A stretch of DNA of 32,000 bases from Geobacter metallireducens GS-15 (GTDB lineage: Bacteria > Desulfobacterota > Desulfuromonadia > Geobacterales > Geobacteraceae). Of this stretch, positions 20,950 through 28,623 are shown in pieces; the first letter of the stretch is position 1, and the number at the start of each line of letters is the position of its first letter. A program made the position numbers and the translations under genes. The stretch is from the NCBI RefSeq assembly GCF_000012925.1, contig NC_007517.1:3870001-3902000 (forward strand). Reading direction: 5' to 3'. The notes under the pieces are model-generated. The model saw only the letters and a program-made list of their open reading frames with translations. It made no database searches and was not told where the DNA came from.

Positions 20950-22791
20950 ATGAAACAGCAACCCCCTCGACGAGCTCCGCTCTGGCCCACGCCATTGGTC
21001 CTGATCCACGACCTCCACCTGCTTCGCCGGTTCGTTCGGCTACGGCGGAGTGTCCTGGCCCTCCTCTCCCGTCTGCGGATCAGCGAGAGCACCCTCATGG
21101 CAGTTCTGGCCGTGGGGATAGGGCTCCTGGCGGGACTCTGCAACTACGCCTTCCGTTCGTGCATCGATTTTTTCCGCTGGCTCATCATCGACAACGGTGC
21201 CCGACTGACCGGCTATTCCCCCGACACCTGGGACGCAAGCCGGCTCTGGGCGTTGGCCTTTCCCGTCATCGGCGCGACCATCATGCTCCCCCTCTTCATC
21301 TGGTACCGAGAGGACATGGCCTTCGGCTTCCCCCGTTTCCTTGAGAGGGTCAACCTGAGGGGGGGACGACTTCCCCTGCGGCTCATGTTCACCAGGGGGA
21401 TTTCGTCGGCCCTCACCATCGGCTCCGGCGGCTCGGCCGGCCAGGAAGGCCCCATCGCCCAGATCGGCGGCACGGCCGGCTCCGTGGTTGGCCATCTGCT
21501 CGGCATGCCGGAGGAACGGCTCAAGGTCCTGATCGGCTGCGGAGTTTCCGGCGGCGTGGCAGCCACCTTCAACGCCCCCCTCGCCGGCGTCTTTTTTGCC
21601 CACGAAATTGTCCTTCTCTCCAGCTTCGAGCTTTCCTCTTTCACGAGCATCGTCATCTCATCCGGCATGGCCACGGTCGTCTCCCGGGCCATGTACGGCG
21701 ACATCCCCGCCTTTGACGTACCGGCCTACCAGCTCGTCCACCCCCTGGAACTGGTCTTGTATGCCCTGTTAGGGATCGTGTGCGGCTGCGTCGCGGCCCT
21801 CTTCATCACTGGCTATGGAAAAACCAGGGAGTTTTTCGAGCAGCTCCGGGTGAATCCCCTCTGGAAGCCGCTGCTCGGGGGATTCCTCGCCGGCTGTGTC
21901 GGGGTCCTCCTCCCCCAGGTCCAGGGAAACGGGTACGGATTCATTGAAAAGGCCGTCGGCAACGACGTGGGATGGCTCCTTGTCACGCTCCTCATCGTCG
22001 GGAAGATGGCCGCCACCTGCGTCACGATCGGCTCGGGGCTGCCGGGGGGAACCTTCGCCCCGTCGCTTTTCATAGGGTCAGTGACCGGCATGAGTTTCGG
22101 TTTCCTGGCAAACCTCCTCTTTCCGCTCCATACCGCAACGCCGGGGGCCTATGCCCTGGTGGGAATGGGGGCGTTCCTCGCCTCGGTCACCCATGCGCCC
22201 ATGACCGGCATCTTCCTCCTGTTTGAGATGACCGGTTCCTACAAGGTTATCATTCCGATCATGCTTGCCTGCTCCATCGGCACTGCCGTGGCGCGCCATT
22301 TCCGCAAGGACGGCATCGACACCGCCGACCTTGCAGCCCGGGGGATCGACCTGAGAACGGGGCGCGAGGAGACGATACTGGAGAAGATCCAGGTGAGGGG
22401 AGTCATGATGCACGATGCGGAGGTTCTCCCCGAATCGATGACCATCCGTGAGTTTCTGGAACGCGCCCATACCCCTCGCCAGCACACCTTTCCCCTGGTA
22501 GACGCCGGCGGCGGCCTGGCCGGCGTCGTCACGATCCATGACTTCCTGGGCGTCGCCTTCGAACCGGACATCCTGGACAAGGTTCCCCTCGGGGAAATGG
22601 CCACCGACGACGTCATCACCGTGCAGGGCGACGAAAGCCTCGCCGCTGCGCTCAGGAAGATGGACCTCACCCCCATCGAAGAACTGCCGGTTGTCGATTC
22701 CGGCAATGGAAAGGTTATCGGGATTCTGTCGCGACGGGAAGTCATTGCCGCCTACAACCGGGCGATCGTGGAACGGACGTTCCGGGCGTGA
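20950..22791 (+). CDS. ClC-family chloride channel / Cl-/H+ antiporter with C-terminal CBS-domain pair
   Basis: ClC selectivity motifs GSGGSAGQEGP and GLPGGTFAPSLFIG, with multiple TM helices. The C-terminus has two CBS-like repeats (VMMHDAEVLPESMTIREFLE..., TDDVITVQGDESLAAALRKM...LPVVD). The start could also be GTG 20944. Confidence 0.9.
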   Translation: MKQQPPRRAPLWPTPLVLIHDLHLLRRFVRLRRSVLALLSRLRISESTLMAVLAVGIGLLAGLCNYAFRSCIDFFRWLIIDNGARLTGYSPDTWDASRLWALAFPVIGATIMLPLFIWYREDMAFGFPRFLERVNLRGGRLPLRLMFTRGISSALTIGSGGSAGQEGPIAQIGGTAGSVVGHLLGMPEERLKVLIGCGVSGGVAATFNAPLAGVFFAHEIVLLSSFELSSFTSIVISSGMATVVSRAMYGDIPAFDVPAYQLVHPLELVLYALLGIVCGCVAALFITGYGKTREFFEQLRVNPLWKPLLGGFLAGCVGVLLPQVQGNGYGFIEKAVGNDVGWLLVTLLIVGKMAATCVTIGSGLPGGTFAPSLFIGSVTGMSFGFLANLLFPLHTATPGAYALVGMGAFLASVTHAPMTGIFLLFEMTGSYKVIIPIMLACSIGTAVARHFRKDGIDTADLAARGIDLRTGREETILEKIQVRGVMMHDAEVLPESMTIREFLERAHTPRQHTFPLVDAGGGLAGVVTIHDFLGVAFEPDILDKVPLGEMATDDVITVQGDESLAAALRKMDLTPIEELPVVDSGNGKVIGILSRREVIAAYNRAIVERTFRA

Positions 22792-23029
22792 GCCCCCTTC
22801 CGCCATAGCTCTCGGCATCACTTTCCCGACCTCATGCTCAAGGGGGATGTCCGGGCAAAGGTCATCTGTGGCGAGATCAACGGCGTCCGGGGATCGGTCG
22901 GGGACGTGGTCATCGATCCCTCGTACCTGGACCTGGTACGGCCCCATCGTCATGAATATCCAGGATGAACTCCGGATTGCCTTCGAGGAATACGAAAAGG
23001 GGACATTTATCAAGCGCGGGCAGGGATGA
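22792..23029 (+). pseudogene. Pirin-family gene relic (5'-truncated, internally deleted, frameshifted)
   Basis: Frame 1 (22792-22933) reads ..DLMLKGDVRAKVICGEINGVRGSVGDVVIDPSYLDL, matching the start of the pirin C-terminal cupin (compare human VAVISGEALGIKSKV..LYLDF). Frame 2 (about 22934-23029) reads YGPIVMNIQDELRIAFEEYEKGTFIKRGQG*, matching the pirin C-terminus (HGPFVMNTNEEISQAILDF). The roughly 100 residues normally between them and the whole N-terminal cupin are missing. Confidence 0.55.
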
Positions 23030-23235
23030 TTGTTATGGGTACGTCCTTCAGGCGGTCAGCCCTGCGCCATCAACTAGGAATACTGTGACACCCCAATATG
23101 GTGTGGTAAAAAATTCTTCGCTTTTCGTCATAGGGTTTTGAGGAGTGTATTTTCGGGTACTTTCAAAACGGTGCTTGTAGCCAAAGAATCCAGCAGAAAG
23201 CGCCGCAGGGTTAACAACCTGCGGGAACAATTCAT

Positions 23236-23261
23236 TCTCCTGTAGCTCAGTCGGTAGAACG
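23236..23261 (+). pseudogene. tRNA-Asn-like 5' fragment (acceptor strand plus D-arm only)
   Basis: TCTCCTGTAGCTCAGTCGGTAGAACG closely parallels the first 26 nt of E. coli tRNA-Asn as I recall it (TCCTCTGTAGTTCAGTCGGTAGAACG). No anticodon stem, T-arm (GGTTCGA) or 3' acceptor follows, so it is not a functional tRNA. Confidence 0.4.
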
Positions 23262-23282
23262 AGTGAGCATGAAGATAACAAT

Positions 23283-23315
23283 AAAAGCCCATGGACACAG
23301 CATCCATGGGCTTTT
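23283..23315. terminator. Bidirectional rho-independent terminator
   Basis: AAAAGCCCATGGA-CACAGCA-TCCATGGGCTTTT: a perfect 13-bp stem with a 7-nt loop and T-runs on both strands. It sits between the convergent + block and - block. Confidence 0.7.
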
Positions 23316-23505
23316 ATGCGTTCAATTACGCTGCAATATGGCGATTGGAGACGGACACTTCAAGCTCAATTACATAATGTTATCGGCCAGTTAACATTTG
23401 CAGTCCAAATTAACAAATCGTTGATGTTGATCGGCTTCAAAGGCAGACCCACCCCGAAATGCCCCGTGACAAACCGTGCAACCGTGCAATGTCTCCACAA
23501 ACCCG

Positions 23506-24069
23506 TCAGGTCTTCTGATACTCTCTGTTGCATCGTTCAATGAAATTGTTGATGTCTTCAACCGAAATCTCCGGCAGAACCAGAGCGCCATCGGCATCTT
23601 TCTCCACGTCGGTGATCCCGGGGTACTTCTGTTCCAGAGCGCTCAGTTCCTGGCTCTGGCGTTTCACCGTTCGCAGGAGACGCCGGTTATCCTCTTCGAG
23701 CACCAACCTGTCAAAAGCTGAGCGTAGCGCAAATCTCAACTCCAGGTCATCCCACGGCTTGGTGAAGAAGCGGTAGATTTCCCCCTGGTTCACCGCCCTC
23801 ATGGTGGCATCGATAGAGGCATGACCCGTGAGCATGATCCTGATCGTCTCGGGGTACCGCTCGCGGACAGCAGCAAGAAATTCGGCTCCCCCCATGCCCG
23901 GCATCTTCTCGTCGGACACCACCACACCGACCCGGTGCTCAGCGAAAAGCGCCAACCCCTCTTGACCGCTTCCGGCAGTCAGTATCTCGTAGGGCTCGTC
24001 CGCGAGGGCCCTCCGGAGCGAATTAATGACAAAGGGCTCGTCATCCACCAGCAGCAGGGTCTTTTTCAT
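23506..24069 (-). CDS. Response regulator: REC domain + coiled coil + small unassigned C-terminal domain
   Basis: The ATG at 24069 (MKKTLLLVDDEP...) has GGAGGAAA upstream and forms an ATGA overlap with the upstream stop. I prefer it over the track start at 24159. REC motifs LVDDE, VVVSDEKMPGMGG and FTKPWDDLEL. C-terminus: SALEQKYPGITDVEKDADGALVLPEISVEDINNFIERCNREYQKT. Confidence 0.9.
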   Translation of the reverse strand: MKKTLLLVDDEPFVINSLRRALADEPYEILTAGSGQEGLALFAEHRVGVVVSDEKMPGMGGAEFLAAVRERYPETIRIMLTGHASIDATMRAVNQGEIYRFFTKPWDDLELRFALRSAFDRLVLEEDNRRLLRTVKRQSQELSALEQKYPGITDVEKDADGALVLPEISVEDINNFIERCNREYQKT

Positions 24070-26537
24070 ATTTCCTCCATCAAAGTCAGGCTGTCCGTCC
24101 CCTTCTCCACCCCGCAGAAGGGGCAAACGGACCACTCCTCCTCCAGGGGCATCTTGCATCCCTTACAGCAGTTGCTCTTGAAAGTCCCGCAGAAGGGGCA
24201 GAAGAGGAACTTGGCGTCCACCATCTTCCCGCAGTGGGGGCAGGCCCGCTCGTAGACCATCTGGGGGCCAATCACCCGCAGGAGCTCCTCCAGGGTCGTG
24301 AGCCCCAGCCTTACCTTCTCAATCCCGTCCTCGATGAGCGTCTTCATGCCGTTGGCCCGCGCCATCTCGAAGAGCTCTGACTCCCGGTAGTGACTGCTGA
24401 TGAAGTGGCGGAAGTCATCGTTCATAACGAAGAGTTCGAACACCCCGATCCGCCCCCGGTAGCCGGTCTTGTTGCACTTGTCGCACCCCTTCCCCTGGTA
24501 GACGGTTCCATTCAGGTAGTCGGCGGGAACCCGCAGAAGCTCCAGGAGGTCCCGGTCGGGGGGGACGGCGGTCTTGCACGCCTCGCAGACCCGCCGCACG
24601 AGCCGCTGGGCCATGATCCCCTCCAGGGCCGAGGCGATGATGTACGGCTTGATCCCCATATCCATGAGGCGGGTGATGGAGGCGACGGCGCTGTTGGTGT
24701 GGAGGGTGGAGAGGACCATGTGGCCCGTGAGCGATGCTTTGAACGCCACGTCGGCGGTCTCCTGGTCGCGGATCTCCCCCACCATGATCACGTCCGGATC
24801 CTGGCGCAGCGTCGAGCGGAGCACTTGGGCAAAGGAGAGGCCGATCTTCTCCCGGACCGCCACCTGGTTCGCCTCCTCCAGGAAGTACTCCACCGGCTCC
24901 TCGATGGTCTCGAAGTTCTTGTGGCTGTCCATCATGGCAGACAGCAGCGAGTAGAGCATGGTGGTTTTGCCGCTCCCGGTGGGGCCTGTGGAGATGATGA
25001 CCCCCTGGGGCTTTTTGCTGAGAACGGTCAGCTTCCTCATGTCATCGGGAAGTACCCCCAGTTCGTCCAACCCCTTGATGGAAGCGCTCTTGTCGAGGAT
25101 CCGCATCACCACTTTCTCGCCGTTCATGGTGGGGAGGGTCGAGACCCGCATGTCTACGATCCTGGTTCCGGCCTTGACCGTGATCCGGCCGTCCTGGGGT
25201 TTACGCCGCTCGGAAATGTCCATCTTGGCGAGAATCTTCACCCGCGAAACCACCGCCGCGTGGATGTCGGAGGGGATCCTGATTTTACCGTGGAGAAGCC
25301 CGTCGATCCGGTAGCGGATCACGGTGCACTTGGTCTTGGGCTCGATGTGGATGTCGCTGGCCCGGTAGCGGACCGCCTCGGAGATGACAGCGTTGACGAC
25401 CCTGATGATGGGAGGGACTTTGGAGGAGCCGATCAACTCGTCGACGCTCACGTCGGCCTCTTCGTCCTCAATGACGATGTCAATCTCGTCCAGGGGCTCC
25501 AGTTCGCCGAATTCGTCGAGCTCCTCTCCGCCACCGGAAACGATGGCGGCGGCCCCCTCGCCGTAGATCCGAGCGAGCTGGGCCTGGATCTCGGAACTGG
25601 TGGAGAGGAGGGGCATCACCTTGAGGCCCAGGACCCGGGAGATATTGTCGATCTTGAAGATGTCGGAGGGGTCGGCCATGGCAATGGTGAGCCGGTTACC
25701 GTCGAGCCGCACCGGGATGAGGCGGTGCCTGTCGCACATGTCGCGGGGGAGACACCGCACCACCCCGGGGGTGATGTTCGCCTCCCGCAGGTCGATGAAC
25801 TCGACGCCCAGGTGGTTCTGGAGGGTCTTGAGAATCTTCGCCTCGGTGGAGACGCTGGTCCTCACCAGGGCGTCCACCAGGAGCTCTCCTGGTTTCTTCC
25901 CCTGGAGCACCGCGGCGAAGTCATCCTTGCGGATCACCCCCGCCTCGGTCAGGATGCTCCCGAGCATCGACTTGTCCTCATCGAAGAGCCCGGCGAAGTT
26001 CCTGATCTTCGTCTGCTGGGCCTTGGCGATCTCCTTGAGCTTCTTGTTCTCCTGGATGAGAGCATACTGTTGGAGCGCGAGACTCACTGTGAGGCGCAGG
26101 TCCTCGTCGTTCCACGGCTTGGTGATGAACTTGAAGACCGCCCCCTCCCTCACCGCCCCCATGATCGACTGGACGTCGGCGTAGCCGGTCAGCATGATCC
26201 GGATGGTATCGGGCCACTTCTGTTTGATCTCCTTGAGGAGCTGAGCGCCGGTCATCCCCGGCATCCGGTGGTCGGAGACGACCAAGTGCACCGAATGTTT
26301 TCCAAGGATCTCCAAAGCCTTTTCGGCCGATTCGGCGGTGAGGATCTCGTAGTTCTCGTCGATAAAAATACGCCGCAACGCCCTTAGGACCCCCTCCTCG
26401 TCGTCGACGAAGAGGAGGGTGAACCTGCTCTCGGTCTCGCTGTACTCCACCAGCGAGGCGTCGTCATCGGGCAAAAGGGGCGGCGGGGGCTCCTTGCCGG
26501 CAGCAACGGTTTTGAAGAGTTCCGAAAACTTTGCCAT
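24066..26537 (-). CDS. REC-domain-fused GspE/PilB-type secretion ATPase with C-terminal double zinc ribbon
   Basis: REC: LLFVDDEEGVLRAL...VVSDHRMPGMTG...FITKPWNDEDL. T2SSE_N-like: LGVEFIDLREANITPGVVRCLPRDMCDRHRLIPVRLDGNRLTIAMADPSD. ATPase: Walker A GPTGSGKTT, Walker B DPDVIMVGEIRD, His box LTGHMVLSTLHTN, tetra-Cys CEACK...CDKCNKTGYRGRIGVFE. Extra tail: CPHCGKMVDAKFLFCPFCG...CKGCKMPLEEEWSVCPFCG. Confidence 0.9.
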   Translation of the reverse strand: MAKFSELFKTVAAGKEPPPPLLPDDDASLVEYSETESRFTLLFVDDEEGVLRALRRIFIDENYEILTAESAEKALEILGKHSVHLVVSDHRMPGMTGAQLLKEIKQKWPDTIRIMLTGYADVQSIMGAVREGAVFKFITKPWNDEDLRLTVSLALQQYALIQENKKLKEIAKAQQTKIRNFAGLFDEDKSMLGSILTEAGVIRKDDFAAVLQGKKPGELLVDALVRTSVSTEAKILKTLQNHLGVEFIDLREANITPGVVRCLPRDMCDRHRLIPVRLDGNRLTIAMADPSDIFKIDNISRVLGLKVMPLLSTSSEIQAQLARIYGEGAAAIVSGGGEELDEFGELEPLDEIDIVIEDEEADVSVDELIGSSKVPPIIRVVNAVISEAVRYRASDIHIEPKTKCTVIRYRIDGLLHGKIRIPSDIHAAVVSRVKILAKMDISERRKPQDGRITVKAGTRIVDMRVSTLPTMNGEKVVMRILDKSASIKGLDELGVLPDDMRKLTVLSKKPQGVIISTGPTGSGKTTMLYSLLSAMMDSHKNFETIEEPVEYFLEEANQVAVREKIGLSFAQVLRSTLRQDPDVIMVGEIRDQETADVAFKASLTGHMVLSTLHTNSAVASITRLMDMGIKPYIIASALEGIMAQRLVRRVCEACKTAVPPDRDLLELLRVPADYLNGTVYQGKGCDKCNKTGYRGRIGVFELFVMNDDFRHFISSHYRESELFEMARANGMKTLIEDGIEKVRLGLTTLEELLRVIGPQMVYERACPHCGKMVDAKFLFCPFCGTFKSNCCKGCKMPLEEEWSVCPFCGVEKGTDSLTLMEEI

Positions 26538-26538
26538 G

Positions 26539-27858
26539 CTATCCCCCTGTCACCGGCAGTCTCACCACGAAAGAGGCACCTCCTTCGGGCGTGCTTCCAG
26601 CCTCCACCGTGCCGCCGTGGGCGGTTACTACCTCGTGGGCCACCGCAAGCCCCATCCCCATCCCCTGGCCCACCGGCTTGGTGGTGAAGAAGGGTTCGAA
26701 GACGCGGTCCAGGAGCTCCGGCAGGATGCCGGGGCCGTTGTCGGTGATGGTTATGGCGATGGCATCCCCCTCCAGGGCGGTGCGGATGGTGAGCCTGAGC
26801 CCCTCGCTCCGGGCCTGACAGGCGTTCATGATGATGTTGAGGAACACCTGGCAGAGTTCCCCCGCCCGGCAGCTGAGTCCCGGAATGGAGCCGTACTCCC
26901 TGGCGATCTCGGTCCCCGCCGGGATCTCGTGGACCAGCACGGCGAGGGTTCGGTCGATCTCGGCGTTCAGGTCCGCCACCGTTTCCCCTAGGTCGTCGAT
27001 GTGCGAGAACCCCTTCAGGTCGGCCACAATCTTTTTCACCCGCTCCGCCCCGCCGAGACTCTGGGATACAAGTTCGTCCACATCGGCAAGTACCATGTCG
27101 AGCTTCAACTGGCGCCACTTCTCGGCAAAGCGCTCCCCGCCCGCTCCTCCCCCCGCCACGGGGAAGAGATCCCGGGCGAACTGAAGCATCTCCACGAAGC
27201 GCCCTGCATACTTCTGCATCGTCCGGATGTTGCTCGTGACGAACCCCATGGGATTGTTGATCTCGTGGGCGATGCCAGCCGCCAGCTGCCCCACCGAGGC
27301 GAGCTTCTCCTGTTGCAGGAGTCGGGCCAGGGCCTTTTTCAGCTCCGCGGTCCGCTCCTCCACCTTGATCTCCAGGCTCTCCGCCAGCTCCCGATAGCGG
27401 GCCTCGGAGGCAGTAAGCTTCCGGTTAGTTTCCAGAAGCTCCTCGTAGGACTGGTTCACCACCGTCGTGTGGATCTCGGTGGTGAGCATCCTCTTCAGGT
27501 TCGAGCCCACCAGGAGGTTCACCGCAGCCGTGAGCATGACGGCAATCCCCTTCAGGAACTCCTCCCTTCCCCTCTCTCCCTTCACCAGAATCGACCCCAC
27601 CGGCTCCCCCTCCAGGAGGATGGCGGGCCCTCGGAGCCCCAGGGAGGCAGCTTCCCCTCCGTCGGTCGGCGCGGCATGGGACCAGAGAGTGGTTCCCTCG
27701 GCATCGGCGAGGGCCGCGGCACGGGCGCCGGCACGTACGGCACCCCTGAGGAGCGGGATCACCTCTGTCTCGGTGATGACGTCCCTGAGGAGCCGCTCTT
27801 CGCCGACCACGTAGTTGAGGCGCTTGGCCGATACGTTTGATGTATGTTGGTTTTTCAT
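26539..27858 (-). CDS. Soluble sensor histidine kinase with unassigned N-terminal domain of about 130 aa
   Basis: H-box EKLASVGQLAAGIAHEINNPMGF and HATPase motifs NIIMNACQA, DNGPGI, GQGMGMGLAVAHEVVTAHGG. No TM segment. ATG 27858 (AAGAGA upstream) is preferred; GTG 27888 is possible. Confidence 0.85.
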   Translation of the reverse strand: MKNQHTSNVSAKRLNYVVGEERLLRDVITETEVIPLLRGAVRAGARAAALADAEGTTLWSHAAPTDGGEAASLGLRGPAILLEGEPVGSILVKGERGREEFLKGIAVMLTAAVNLLVGSNLKRMLTTEIHTTVVNQSYEELLETNRKLTASEARYRELAESLEIKVEERTAELKKALARLLQQEKLASVGQLAAGIAHEINNPMGFVTSNIRTMQKYAGRFVEMLQFARDLFPVAGGGAGGERFAEKWRQLKLDMVLADVDELVSQSLGGAERVKKIVADLKGFSHIDDLGETVADLNAEIDRTLAVLVHEIPAGTEIAREYGSIPGLSCRAGELCQVFLNIIMNACQARSEGLRLTIRTALEGDAIAITITDNGPGILPELLDRVFEPFFTTKPVGQGMGMGLAVAHEVVTAHGGTVEAGSTPEGGASFVVRLPVTGG

Positions 27859-27936
27859 GATAGGTCTCTTTGAACATCCACTGGGCACACTCTATAGCGC
27901 CTCGCATCGCATGAGCAGAGCGCCATGAAGGCGCCC

Positions 27937-28614
27937 CTACACGAATCCAGCTATGCCCTGCGTCGCTTCAACCGATGTCATCTTTCGCACGAAGCTCTCG
28001 CTGCCGAGTCCGTGCTCATCCAGGAGCCGGTACTTCCGGTCGATGGCAGCATAGGTAAGCTCCAGAAGCCTAGTGAAGGTCTCCACCACACCCCACCCCT
28101 CCAGGGCCGATGCGCCCGTCACCTGGATCCCCGTGGGTTCCCAGACCCGGGCGATCTCTTCCTCGCTCACGATGTTTGTCAGGTCCCTCTTGTTGAACTG
28201 GATCACGAGGGGAACCTTTTCGATATCGATTCCCACGAAGGCAAGGTTTTTCTCCAGGTTGTCGAAACTCTCGAAATTGTTGGCCGCCTCGGAGAGTTGG
28301 GAATCAGCCACGAAGACCACTCCGTCTGCCCGTTGAAGAACCGCCTTGCGGGTTGCATCGTGGCGCACCTGCCCCGGCACTGTGTAGACCTTCACCTTGA
28401 TCTTCAAGCCGCTTGGCGCCACGAGGAAAAAGGGGAGGAGATCGAAGAATATGGTCCGGTCGTCAGTCGTGTCGAGGACCATCAGCTCTCCACGCCCCTC
28501 CTGGGTGATCAGGTCGTGGAGTTTCAGTAGATTTGTAGTCTTTCCCGACATGGCTGGTCCGTAGTAGACCAGCTTCAAGACCATCTTTTTTTGTGCTTCG
28601 TCGTATTCAATCAT
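27937..28614 (-). CDS. MglA-family Ras-like small GTPase with C-terminal extension
   Basis: It aligns along its length with M. xanthus MglA as I recall it: KLVYYGPAMSGKTTNL (P-loop), DRTIFFDLLP (switch I), VYTVPGQV (the MglA-specific TxxGQ in place of DxxGQ), GVVFVADSQ, IQFNKRDL (NKxD). 225 aa versus about 195 for MglA. Confidence 0.85.
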   Translation of the reverse strand: MIEYDEAQKKMVLKLVYYGPAMSGKTTNLLKLHDLITQEGRGELMVLDTTDDRTIFFDLLPFFLVAPSGLKIKVKVYTVPGQVRHDATRKAVLQRADGVVFVADSQLSEAANNFESFDNLEKNLAFVGIDIEKVPLVIQFNKRDLTNIVSEEEIARVWEPTGIQVTGASALEGWGVVETFTRLLELTYAAIDRKYRLLDEHGLGSESFVRKMTSVEATQGIAGFV

Positions 28615-28623
28615 TACCCACGC

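Noticed and set aside
23236-23310. Possibility of an intact tRNA gene
   Set aside because: After the D-arm, the sequence (GAGTGAGCATGAAGATAAC...) cannot form an anticodon stem. No GGTTCGA-type T-arm or complementary 3' acceptor strand is present. The following hairpin is a terminator, not a T-arm.
23048-23543. ORFs of 77 aa (23048-23281, minus) and 75 aa (23316-23543, plus) in the AT-richer junction
   Set aside because: Neither has an RBS or a motif. The first runs through the tRNA-like fragment and the second runs into the convergent response-regulator gene. They are most likely chance ORFs in non-coding DNA.
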